A stretch of 64,000 nucleotides of DNA, from assembly GCA_000388065.2 (NCBI GenBank), contig KB932204.1. The stretch is one strand, 5' to 3'. The notes below the pieces were generated by a model. It had not been told where the DNA came from. It made no database searches and was given only the letters and a program-made list of their open reading frames with translations. Shown here piece after piece: positions 12,865-24,500 of the stretch. The stretch comes from Fonticula alba ATCC 38817 (Eukaryota; Protista; Nucleariida). The stretch's first letter is position 1, and each line of letters begins with the position of its first letter. Made by a program: the position numbers and the translations under genes.

Positions 12865-13918
12865 ATGACATACCAGACGCTCAGCCTGCCGGGGGTGCTG
12901 TCTCCCTTTGCATGGGGCCTGGCAACCGACTTTGTCCACAGCATCTACCTTTCGCTGATGATTCGCCGTGACTTGTCCAGCAACACCTACCGTGCGTCTT
13001 GGTCCCGTTGCACTTCTTTCCCTCGGCGACATTCCTCTTCTTGGCCGGCTCGCCATCTGCTCGGTCTCTTCGCTTCCCTCTTGCCCCTTTTTCTGGACAC
13101 GCCGGCGCTCCATGCCTGTCAAGTATGCTGACACCCTTGTCCATGGGTGTCAGATCGTTCCAACCGCCTGCTCGGCGCGGTGGCCTACTTTCTGATGCAC
13201 TTCTCTTCCGAGATTCTGTTGCGCTTCCTCTTCGGCGAGCCCCCCCTGTCTGGGCTGGCGAATATCACCCTCCCCCGGGTGGTTGTGGCTCTTGCCGGAT
13301 GGGCTCTGGTCATCCACGCGCAGATTCCCCTCCCTCGGCCTGGGCTGGTGCGCCCGCATCGTCGGTCTATCTCTTTCCTCGCTCTGCCCTTCCCAGCATG
13401 TTGCTCCTTGCCCCGACATTCTCCTGATGAATGATGTCCCCCCCTCCCGCCGCATTATCCGTCCCCACCATCATCACCGATGTCCGCAGTTTTTCCTGGC
13501 CCTCGCCGAGGGGTGGATGACCTACAAGAAGCAGGGTGACATGATCAACCATGCGATGAAGGTTTATGGCTCCGAAAACATTCTCCCGGCCATGGCCGTT
13601 GGGGTCATCTGCGGTGCGTGGTCCCTGTGTCTCCGTTGCTGTCCTCGGAATTCTGTGTTCCCATGGCAGTTGCCAGCACACATTTCCCTGCCCGTCCTCC
13701 CCCTCTCACTTTCTCTGTCTCCCTCCTCCTCCACACATGCACGATTACACCCACTCTCCCAACATTCAGTCCTCAATTCCGCCTTCATGCGTGGGATCTT
13801 CTCGGTCATCCGCTTTGGTGGCGTGTCCAACCCCGGAGGAGACCTCTTGACCAACCCGTGCGTCTTCACCTCCAGCCTTGTTTCTCATGCTTTGAACCTC
13901 AGCGACACGCTTCTCTGA

Positions 13919-13955
<37 letters not shown>

Positions 13956-14177
13956 TCTTCTTCCGCCCCCCCCCCCCCGGGCAGTGTCCTCCGCGTGGCT
14001 TTCTTCACCTCCGGGGCTTTCTTGCTGAAATCCCGCCTGGCTCCCTCGGCCGCCCGGATTCTCACTCCCCAAGTGGCCGTCCTCCTGTCCGGGCCGCACC
14101 TTGACGCGGCCATCATCGTCGCCATGACGGTGGCCTTCCTGTATCTGTTGGGGCTAGTGCGCCGATCGCTGCACTAG
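12865..14177 (+). CDS. TMEM38: TRIC/TMEM38-like multi-pass membrane protein, 241 aa; exons 12865-12991, 13154-13347, 13490-13613, 13770-13857, 13985-14177
   Basis: The spliced CDS is 726 nt with intact frame. LMHFSSEILLRFLFGEPP resembles TMEM38 MLHCFG..IL..LLLGEP. LALAEGWMTYKK..INHAMKVY resembles VAMKEVVR..KI..G.HHAHHHY. The GGDLLTNP region corresponds to TNEIL. Similarity was judged by eye. Confidence 0.58.
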
Positions 14178-14589
14178 CCGATCCGTTGGCACCTACGCAG
14201 CCATTGGTAATATATCACCCCTGTCCCCCAAGGTTGCCGTGGCGGTGATGGCTACACGAGGCATGGGAGCCGGTGGGCGTAGGCGGTGGCTCCCCCTTGA
14301 CGCACATGTGCTCCCCCCCCCCGGACAAGATCTCGGGCCGGCGCTGCTCCTCGCCTCGACCGGGCCGCACACAGCCGGATGGGTTCTTCTGCGAATACAA
14401 GCTGCTATGCATGTGTGTGGTTAGGGCGGCGGAGAGATTCGAGCGGCGCCGTGGAAGAACGCCCAGGCAGCATCCTCCCTGGAACATGCGCCTCCCCCCC
14501 CCCCCCACCGTCCATCTCCCGTCTCCTCTCACCGCTCCCCTGTGTCTCTTGATTTGTTCTCCTTCCTCCTTGCCTCTCCTCGTCGCACC

Positions 14590-17090
14590 ATGGGCTTGAT
14601 TGGTCAGGCTGCGCGGCGCCTGTCGGTTGGGCGCTTGCCAAGCGCCTCCTTGCGGCGGAGTATCGCCAGTATGCCGCCAGTTGTGGACACTATTTATGCT
14701 CCGGCCACCGCGGCTGGACGTGCCGGCGTTGCGGTCATCCGTATGTCGGGGCCTTTATCCAAACAGGTGCGTTCTTGTGTACGGCTGTGTATGGATCGCT
14801 GGATGGGTGTATGGATGGATGGATGTGTGTGTGTGTGTGTGTGTGTGTTTGTGATATGGGTGCACGCATGCTTGTGGCCTTCACATTGTGCACTGACCAA
14901 TCTGTCCCCCTTCCCCTCCCTCGCACTTCCGCCCGATTGGCCATCCGCGTAGATCCTTGAGCTTTTGACTCCCGGTACCGGGGTGCCTCCGCCGCGACAG
15001 ATGGCCGTGCGCTCGCTCCGGGACCCGACCACTGGGGAACTGGTCGACCGGGGCCTGGTGGCCTTCTTTCCCGGACCAGGGAGTTTCACTGGCGAGGACA
15101 TCGCCGAATTCCACGTCCATGGCGGCCCGGCCGTTGTTGAAGGGCTGCTTTCGGCCCTGTCCAATGCGGGCCAGAATCTCGCGCCCCCGGCATCCGCTTC
15201 CGCCGGAGCTGCTGGCGGTCGCGTCCGCTGGGCCCTGCCAGGCGAGTTCACTCGCCGGTATGCATCACCATTGTTGTTCTCAACCCGCATCTCCCTCCTC
15301 TCTCTCTCTCTCTCTCTCCCGCTTTCTCTCTCTCTCTCTCTCCCGCTTTCTCTCTCTCTCTCTCTCTCTTTCGCGCTCTGGGCTTTCCATTCCGGGCCCG
15401 CCTTTACGCCGAATCAACCATCTCTCCCCATGGGTCACCGGCCGCTGACAAGCCTCCGCTCAGCTCTTTTCACAATGGCAAGCTGGATCTGACCCAGGCC
15501 GAAGGCTTGGCCGATCTGCTAGCGGCAAATACGCAAGCCCAGAGGCGCCAGGCTCTGCGCCTGGCTGGCGGCGCTGCCCGACGGGCTGCCACTGCCTGGC
15601 GAGGGTCCATCTCCCGTGCTCTGGCACACCTGGAGGCGTTGATCGACTTTGCCGATGACAATGACTTCGCCGAGCAGGAAACCCTGAGTGTCGGTGCGCA
15701 GATAGCCAGCTTTCGCACTTCCTGCCGGCGCTCTTGTGCCATCGCTGACCCAGCGGCCGTTCTTCGGCGATGCAGCGGCCGACGCGCTGGCGGCCATTGT
15801 GGAGGACATGGAATTCCGTCTCTCCCGCAGCCACTGTGGCGCCCTCATCCGTGATGGACTTCGGGTTTCGCTGGTTGGCTCGCCGAACGCCGGGAAGAGC
15901 AGTCTCCTGAATGCCATTGGTCCGTCCTTTTTTTTGCCACCTTTTTGCGCTTCCTCTTGGGTTTCCCCCCCCCCCCCCTTCACACACGGCTGACATTTGG
16001 CCTTTCCCTCCCTCCACGGGTACGGGTGCTGGGCACAGCCGAGCGCGAGGTGTCCATTGTGTCTCCGTTTGCCGGGACCACGCGGGATATCGTTGAGGCT
16101 CCCTTGTCCCTGGGTGGCTTTGCCCTCCTGGTTAGCGACACGGCCGGGCTCCGGTCAGCCCCACCGTCCGGGGGCTCCGATGGCCATGACCTGGACCCGG
16201 TCGAGCGCGAGGGCATTCGCCGGGCGCAGGCCAAAATCGCCGATGCACATCTGCGCCTGGCGGTCATCGATGCGCAGGCCTTCCTGGCCCGGTCGGAATT
16301 AGGTCCGTTGCTTGAGCCTGTGCTTTTGGATGGCTGCTCCGTGCTTGCGACAATGCTCACAGATGGAGCTGACTTCCTTTTGCTTCACCCCCCCTCCCCG
16401 CCCATGCAGACCCCCTTGTGGCGGCGCAAATCACTGGCGATACATTGGTGGCCTTCAATAAGGTGGATCTGCTGCCTGCGGCCGATGGCGACCCCATGGC
16501 CGTGGCAGACGCCCAGCGCCACATGCTGGCCTCTCGGCTTGAAGCGGCCCTCGCCGAACATGGAAGCNNNNNNNNNNNNNNNNNNNNNNNNNNNNNNNNN
16601 NNNNNNNNNNNNNNNNNNNNNNNNNNNNNNNNNNNNNNNNNNNNNNNNNNNNNNNNNNNNNNNNNNNNNNNNNNNNNNNNNNNNNNNNNNNNNNNNNNNN
16701 NNNNNNNNNNNNNNNNNNNNNNNNNNNNNNNNNNNNNNNNNNNNNNNNNNNNNNNNNNNNNNNNNNNNNNNNNNNNNNNNNNNNNNNNNNNNNNNNNNNN
16801 NNNCCACCCCGCTGCATCTCTGCCGGAGGTGGAAACTGTCCGTGTATTGACCTGGCGGCTTTGCCCTCTTTTCGTGCCATGCTTTCTCCCTCCCTCCCTC
16901 CCTCCCTCTCCCTCTTGCCCCTGGGGGCCAGGCCGTGTTCCTTCGGAGAACCTTTTCCTCGTGTCCTGCACAACCCGCCTCGGGGTGGATGCGCTGGCTG
17001 ATGCTCTGACCAGCGCCGTTCGTGGGGTGTGCGTACTCGCGCGGGCCACCAGGCCGGCCGCCTTTCCTGTGCACCCCTCCGCGTGCTCCT

Positions 17091-17128
<38 letters not shown>

Positions 17129-17676
17129 GCTCTCGCTCTCGCTCTCGCTCTCCCCCCCCCCCCTGACTGACTCGCTGGTTGCCTCCTTGCCATGATGCAG
17201 CCTGTCCTCGGAAGGCCCGGCTGCCGGGCAGTCCGGCCGGTCAGGCTTTGACTCGGACGACGACGTGGCCGCGCCGGATGACGATGGTCGGTCAGTCATC
17301 CTGTCACATCCTCGCCATCGGGACTATGTCTCGCGTGCTGTTAGCCACCTGAAGGTGGCCCTTGGTGCATACCCCGCGATTGCCCCGGCCCTCTGCCTTC
17401 CCTTGTCCTTCTCTTTGCCGCCTGCTTACATGAGCGTGCCCTTTGCTGACACATCACCTTGCGCCGCTTGCGCTGCTCGACATGTATTTGCATGTATGCA
17501 TGTATTTCGCACCTACACGCCTGGTAGCTCACCTCTCGCCGGGAGGAACGCAAGATGCGGTGCTGGTGGCCGAGGAGTGTCGGGCTGCTGCACATGCCCT
17601 CGCCGGGCTGGCTGGCAAGTTGGCTCCGGACGACGTGCTGGACATTGTCTTCGCCGAGTTTTGCATTGGAAAGTGA
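14590..17676 (+). CDS. MSS1: Mitochondrial tRNA modification GTPase MSS1/GTPBP3 (MnmE family), multi-exon, interrupted by the gap 16568-16803
   Basis: [85 protein letters not shown]-terminal FCIGK. Arg-rich presequence. Confidence 0.96.
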
Positions 17677-17879
17677 GAGCACCAACCCGGAGCACCGCCC
17701 GTGGCAAGTGTCTGCCTCTTCGCCGGGCGTTGGGCGCGCGAAAGCCACAGCAACATCATCAAAGAAGCAGGCACTCGTGGAAGAGGAGAACGTTGTTTTA
17801 TATTGGCAACACGACTGTGTCAGATCCACCAAAGGGGATGTTATGGTACAGGAGGTGGGAGAAGGCGGGCCTCGGAGAT

Positions 17880-18245
17880 TTAGCGAGCCTCAAACTGGAT
17901 GACTGAAGAAGGCAAAGGGCCGGGAGCCGAAGAGAGCAGGGGGGGGGAGGGAGGGAAAGAGTGCATCAGACGCACTGTTCTTGGTGCGCTTCTTGTAGAG
18001 GACGCGGTAGCCGCACTCGGTGCACTGAATCTTGTTGGACTGGGAGAGGGAGCACTCGTGGCCGCACTCTGTTGAAATGGTCGGAAAAAAGGGAGGGGGG
18101 CAAGGAGAGAGAGGGGGGGGCGACAGAGGGAGAGAAAGTGAGCAAAGGGCCGGAGGGCAAAATAGGGCCAGAGTAGAGGCAGGCAATTGGTCGAGGGGGA
18201 GGAGGGGGGCGCACCAGCGCAGATGTAGCGAGGATCGTCAGACAT
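17880..18245 (-). CDS. RPB12: RNA polymerase I/II/III shared subunit RPABC4 (Rpb12/POLR2K), 3 exons
   Basis: Spliced MSDDPRYICAECGHECSLSQSNKIQCTECGYRVLYKKRTKNIIQFEAR. Zn-ribbon CxxC..CxxC and the C-terminal QFEAR. Confidence 0.96.
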   Translation of the reverse strand: MSDDPRYICAGAPPSSPSTNCLPLLWPYFALRPFAHFLSLCRPPLSLLAPLPFFRPFQQSAATSAPSPSPTRFSAPSAATASSTRSAPRTVRLMHSFPPSPPLLSSAPGPLPSSVIQFEAR

Positions 18246-18881
18246 GGTGGCGGGGTCTCTCGGGCAAGGGGAGGTGGGAAGTCGCGGGATCGGGAGAGGA
18301 GGGTGCTGGGATGTCGGCGCGCGCGCACACACGGCCGCGCCGCGAAGGCCTCCGAAGAACCCGCCCCCGCCGCCGGGGGGGGGCATATGTGCGCGCACGC
18401 CGGGAGCGCGCCTCATGGAATGGGTCACGTGTTCCGGCCGGCGACATGACACGCCGACCCCACAATCGTTTTGATGGACGTCGATCGGCCACTTGGCGTG
18501 GGGCTGGTCCCCCGGCCGATGGGGCCCGGTGTGGGGCTGGGCAGGAGTCGTGTGGCGAGAAAGATCGGCCCCATCCGGGAGGGGGAGCTGGGGCAGCCGC
18601 CGGGGGCGCCGGGTGCCTCTGACGGGAGGAAAAAAGGCCGGTCCGGTGGAGCGGCCAGCTAAATCGCACCGCCTCATCTACTCCCTGCATGGCTGGCATA
18701 TCCTTCTTTCGTTGTTTGTGCTCGTTGCTCTTGATCGATCTCCCCGGCCCCGGGGTTTCGCCTCTCACCCTTGCTTCTCAGGCCCCTTTTCTTTTTTTCG
18801 CTTCGCCCAAGTCCCGCTGGCTTCCAAGGCGCCCGCCCGAGCCTGCCGGCCAGGTGTCCGGTCTCACGGCCGTTGCTCCCC

Positions 18882-21520
18882 ATGACACTTCTCAAAGCCG
18901 AGGATCGAGCTCCTCCGGCCGGGCCGGCTGTGCCCATCCCCCTGGGCGACCTGGCCAGCGCGGCTGCCATGCAGCATGGCGGCAACTTCACCATGGTGCG
19001 TGCGAGTGGGCCCCCTCTGGCCGATGGCCCTTCGCCCCGACATGCCGCCTGACCTGGATCCCCGCGTCGCAGCCGCTCGGCTCCATCGAAAAGCAGTGCT
19101 TGATCACCTCGGCCTCGCGCATCGCCTCCTTCGCGAGCCGGGTGGCGGACGTCGCCCCACCGGGCCCGGGGCCTGGCGACGTGCCCATGGCCCCGGCCGA
19201 CATGCCAGCCGAGGCAACCCTTCGTGCTGAGGCTCTTGCAGCCATGGTCGGGCTCTACTCCTCGGCCCTGGTGTCGGGGGACACCTCGACCGGGCGTCTG
19301 CTCCGGCTGCTGGTCGATGATTATGGCCCCGAGCGCCTGTGCGTTGCCCTGTGCCGGGATGGCGGCCCCGGTTGGCGACCGACGAGATCGGAATTGTGGT
19401 GGGGAAACCCCCCCCCCCCCCCCCAGACGAACCATCTGCCCGATTGTCACTCACCATGCCCTTCCTTCTCCGCTCCCCCCCCCCCCGCCCTGTACTTGGC
19501 CCCCCTGCCCATGCGCTCCAACCCGCACGCCCCAGCGCGCACATCCTATGCCCGATTGCCGCGCCGAGTGATGGCCATGCCCTGAGCCCCGAGGAGGCCG
19601 ACTTCCAGTTGGAGTCCGTGCGCCTGGTGTATGCCCTGGTGTATGCCGCGGCGCCGGCTCTCCTGACGCAGCTGCAGCGCCAGAACATCAGCTGGTGGTG
19701 GCTGCTGGAGCCGGGCAGCCTGGAGGAGGATCCCGGCCTGGCGACCGGGGGCGATGCGGCTGCCGGGGCGGCGGATCTGGCCGCTTGGCTGGCGGATGCC
19801 GGATCCGGCCGAGCGGCCAGCCCGCGACTGAGCCCGCTGGCCCAGGCGCTGCTCTTCTTCGATACCGGCCTGGTGGCCCGCGTGGTGGCTCTTTGCGGGC
19901 ATTGGTGGCGCCGGCTGGCAGCCGGGCAGGAGGGCCTCACCGAGCCGGGGGCCGAGATCCTGCTGACGGGGCTGAAAATTTGGCGGCACTGTTTGAGCGC
20001 CCTGCTGCTGTATCGGTCCGACATCCTGGCCGGCCGCACGACCGACCATGCCCCGTGGCTGTTGAGCGTGCGTTCGCCGCCATCGGACGGGACCCTGCCT
20101 CCGTGGCGTCTCGGCCTCCTCTTGTGCTGTTTGCCCCCGGCGGCCGGGTTTCCCCCCCCCCCCCCCCCTCCCCCCTCGGCCGGACACTGACCACACGCAT
20201 TCCACATGGGCACACGATGCCCGCCGTGTGCCGCGGCGCATGCCGGCCACAGGAAGACCAGGTGGATCTGCTCCTGGCGCTGCTGTGCCACCGACAGCAC
20301 CTCGACCCGGCGGCCCAAAGCGCCGGCATGTCGCCCACCGAGGTGGCCATCCTCGGCGAGGCGCTGGCCATCCTGACCCTGGCGCCGATGTGCCCGGAGC
20401 CGACCATGCTCAGGAGCATGGCGCCCGAGCCGGGTGCGGACGAGCGGCCGCCCGCGCGCCTGGGCCGCCGGACGCAGGCTTGGCAGTGCCCGGGGATCCT
20501 GCGCCGAGTGCTCAGTCGCGCGGTGGCCATCGCCAGCCACCCCTTCTCCGGCTTGGCCGACAGCCTGTCGCACACCCGGCCGGAAGACCTGCCAGGAGAC
20601 ACCTTCCAGACGGCGCCGTTCAGCTCGCTGCAACTGGTGGCCCATGCGCTGGTGCTCTTGGAAACATACATCGCCGTGGGCCAGGACACCGCATGGCTGA
20701 AGATCGACGACTTCCGTGCGTGCGGGACCGGCGCCCCCGGTGGGCACCGGCTTTTCTTCACTCGCGCGCGACCCCGCGTGGGCACTTTCACCCGGCTGGC
20801 CTCCACGCTCCCGCGCCGAATGCTCCGGCTGTGGTTTTTTTTTGTTTTTTTTTTTTTTGCCCTCGCGCGCCTGGCCGTCTGACACCCCCATTTACTGGCT
20901 GATGCATGTGCGCTGGGATGTGCCCCCGCCGCCGGGGGGGACGCCGCTCCAGGCGACATCCTCGCCTCGCCGCTGGACTTCACGCTGCTTTGCATGGCAC
21001 GCGAGCGGCTCTTCATCGTGGAGACCCTGCTGCTGCAGGAAGTGTGTCGCGTGGTGTCATTGCGTTTGTATGTGTCCGCTCCGGCGGCTGGGGCAGATCA
21101 TCTGCCTGCTTTTTTTTCCCTCCCGCCCCCACCGACCCAGGCAGCATGGCAAGTCCAAACTGACATGCCTCCCCCGCGACATGGGGCCAGGCTCATGTGG
21201 ATGCTCGACATGCGACTGTACCCCTTCGACATGCACCAGGGCCTTTCTCGGCAGCTGGTCAGTTACATGACCACCTTCCGGCGCAATGCCGACATGGCCC
21301 GGTCTTCGAATCTCTCCTGCGTGGCCGATTCCGGCAACATCCGGCTGTTGCTGTTTGCGCATGCGGCGATCACTTTCCGTGCGTGAGCATGCTACCCTGT
21401 GTGTGTGTGTGTGTGTGTGTGTGTGCATGTGTGTGGGCATCTCTGTGTCCATGGTCGTCAGACACCTGGAGCGCCCGATTGGGCTCCATGTGGCCCTGTT
21501 TGCGTGTAATACTCATGCCG

Positions 21521-21567
<47 letters not shown>

Positions 21568-24500
21568 CCCGCCCGCCCGCCCGCCCGCCCGCCTGCCTGC
21601 CCACGCCACCCCTCACCCCGCCCGCCCGCGCCACCCCGCACCCCGCCCGCGCCACCCCGCACCCCGCCTCGAGCAGGCTCCATGTCTCGCTTGGTGGCCG
21701 GCACCGACACCGACCGATCCACCGGTGGGGACATCCTCCCGGGTGACATGAGCCCCGACCATGCCCTCCTGCTTGGGGACTTGGACCCGCCGGTGGGACG
21801 CTCGGATGCCGAGGACGCCCGAGTGGCGCAAATCGCGGACTTTGACAGCGGCAAGCTGGTCCTCCTGCTGGTGGACCACATTCGCATGTGCTACCAATTT
21901 GCCCTGACCGACATCTCCACGCAGCTGGGAAGCCCCCTTCATCCGGCCTGCCTGCGCTATGCCTGCCTCGTGCGTCGGCCCCTTGGGCTTGTTGGCCTCC
22001 TGCCCCGGCACCAGACCATGGCTTGCTCACCTGCCTCGGCTGCCCGCGCCTGTCCCGGGCGTTGCTCACCCCCCTCCCCCGGATGCCGGCCATGTGCCAT
22101 TCGATGCCCGGGCGGGGGAAAAGGCCTCCCTTTTCATGCTGTCCGAGCTCCAGCGCTACCGACTGTCACGGATTGTGCTCGGGCACCTTATTCGCCAGAC
22201 GCCTGCCGGCCCCGCCACCGGCATCGGGGCCGGCACCGGTGCCAGTACCACTCCCACCGGCGCCGAGGACCGCCTGGCCCCGACCCCGGTCGGTCAACAC
22301 CTCCTGGCCGGGCTGTATTACCTGCTCTTCCCGGCGGTGGTGGTCTGCCATCGGAATGCCGAGCTGCGCCGGCGCTTTGACGCCGGCGACGAGGCCCTCC
22401 ACCCGGACCGGTACCACCCCTGGCGCCTGGTTGACTGGCAAATGGTCACCGCCTGCCTCGATGTCGTGCGAGTTCTGTCCGGGTCGAGCCTGGTTCTGTG
22501 GCTCCTTCGTCGCCAAGTGAGCGCCCTGCCTCTCGGGGCCGCCATGGCGGACCTGGCTCGGTCGCTGCGCCTGCGCTCGGTGCACTCACTGACTCTTTGG
22601 GTGCGTAGGTGTCCACAGCCAGAAGGACATGTATGCCGGGGCGTGAGAGAGGGGGAATGGGGCAGCGGGCGAAGGAGAGACGAGGAGAGAGAGAGAGAGA
22701 GAGGGAGGGAGGGAGGGAGAAGGAGACAGATGCAGGATCCCGAAAGGACGCCGGGCCCTCCACAAGTCCTGGAGGTGCCGCGGGCGGGTGGCCCTCTCAA
22801 AAGCCGAGGGCACCCATCGAGAGAGTCGGCCGGGGCAACAATTAACAACAGCACACTTCCCAATGTCACACTGCTTCGCGCGACCGACTGCCCCTTCCGC
22901 CGGGGTAGCTGCTCGGCCAGCCGGGCGTGCCGGAACTCACCAAGATGGTGGCCACCCTGGCCTGCTCCAATATCGCGCTCATGACGCCGTCACAGTCCTT
23001 CGAGGTGCGTCCCTTCCCCGGCAGGCGGCCTCTGGGCGCCATTGGCACGCCTCCCTGCGGTGCCCTGGCGAGACCCCGGCGGGGAAAGTGTCCCGGTTCT
23101 GACGGTGGACCTCGGTTCGCGCTATCTCGCCTGTGGTGCCTCTTTTTTTTCCCCCCCCCCCGACCCCCATGCCGCCTCTTCCCGCCCCGTGGCAGGCCCT
23201 GGCCCAGCATGACATCCCGGCCGTGGTCATCGCCAACATCATCCAGGCGCTCAATGATCGGGCCGAGGGGCAGGCCGCCATCACGGGCACCTCGGTCGCC
23301 GGGTCGCCTCCCGAGGCCGGGGGCCGGTCCTTGATGCTGCCGGCCTCGCGGTCGCCGTACCTCAGCCGCCGCCATGCCGAGCTCCAGACCCGGTCACTGG
23401 TCGAGTGCTTTCAGGAGGCCGCCCTTTTCATGGGGACCTGGTGCTTGCGGAACATTTGCCATGGGTCCCGGGGCTTGCAGGCGTCCCCGGGCTCCGGACA
23501 GCCAAGTGTCACGGTGCCCACGGCCAATGTCAACTTTTGGCACTTGACGCATGGCGGCCCCGGAGGCCAGGCGGCCGCGGCCGGCTCCTCCACGCCCGAA
23601 GCCGAGGCTGGTGCTGACCCGGAGGCGCCGGATGCCCCGAGCACGCAAGCCCATGCTCCCCCGCCCGAGGACCGGCCCCCTTCATGGACTTCTCCATGGA
23701 TGCCATCCTGCAGTACATTCGATCTGGCGAGGGGGCGCGACCGGATCGCCGGACGCGCCTTCGCCGGTTCACCTGGCGCACGGACGGGCCCGGCGACCAA
23801 AGCACCCGGGCCGAGGCCGGCAGCCTGCCGGCCGGCCGGCACCAACGGTCGGCCTCGACCCCGGCCGCGCTCGGCGGCCACGGGGACAGCACCACGCCGC
23901 CGTCGCCGCCGCCGCCGCCCGTGCCCGGGGCCGTCACCCGGCCCACACGCGGGTCCTTCTATGGCGAGCTGCTGGCCATCCTGGCCGCGCGGGTGGACTG
24001 GTCGGTGCCCGATCCCTCGGCCAAGGGAAACATCCTGACCGCCTGGTGCCCGAGCCTGCCATGGCAACAGCACCGAGCGTTGGACCAAGCCGCCGGCCGG
24101 GGCCCGGATGCCTTGCCGGCCGACCCGCGCGCGGCCTTGCGCGCCTTCTACCAGCGCGAAATGCAGGAGTATGCCGAGCATCGGACCCCGGCGCCAGGGC
24201 CTCGCCCCGGCGCCCCGGACGATATGGCCTTCGTCACCCCCGACATGCTGGCATCCTACCTGCTGCTGGTGGGGGCCCATCCCGGCGCGGCCCCCGCCGT
24301 CGACCCCTTCGTGCGTGACCCGACCCCGGAAGACTTCCTCCGCCGGGCCGAGGAGTACCACGCGGACATGGCCAAGGGCGGGGGCGTCCTCGGGGCCGCG
24401 GCCGCGGCCGCCCCCCCGCGGCAGCTGCCCTATGTCCTGGACGAGGAGCCGGGCCCGGCAAGCTGCTTGGAATTCCTCCGTGCCGAGCTCTTCCCCAGCA

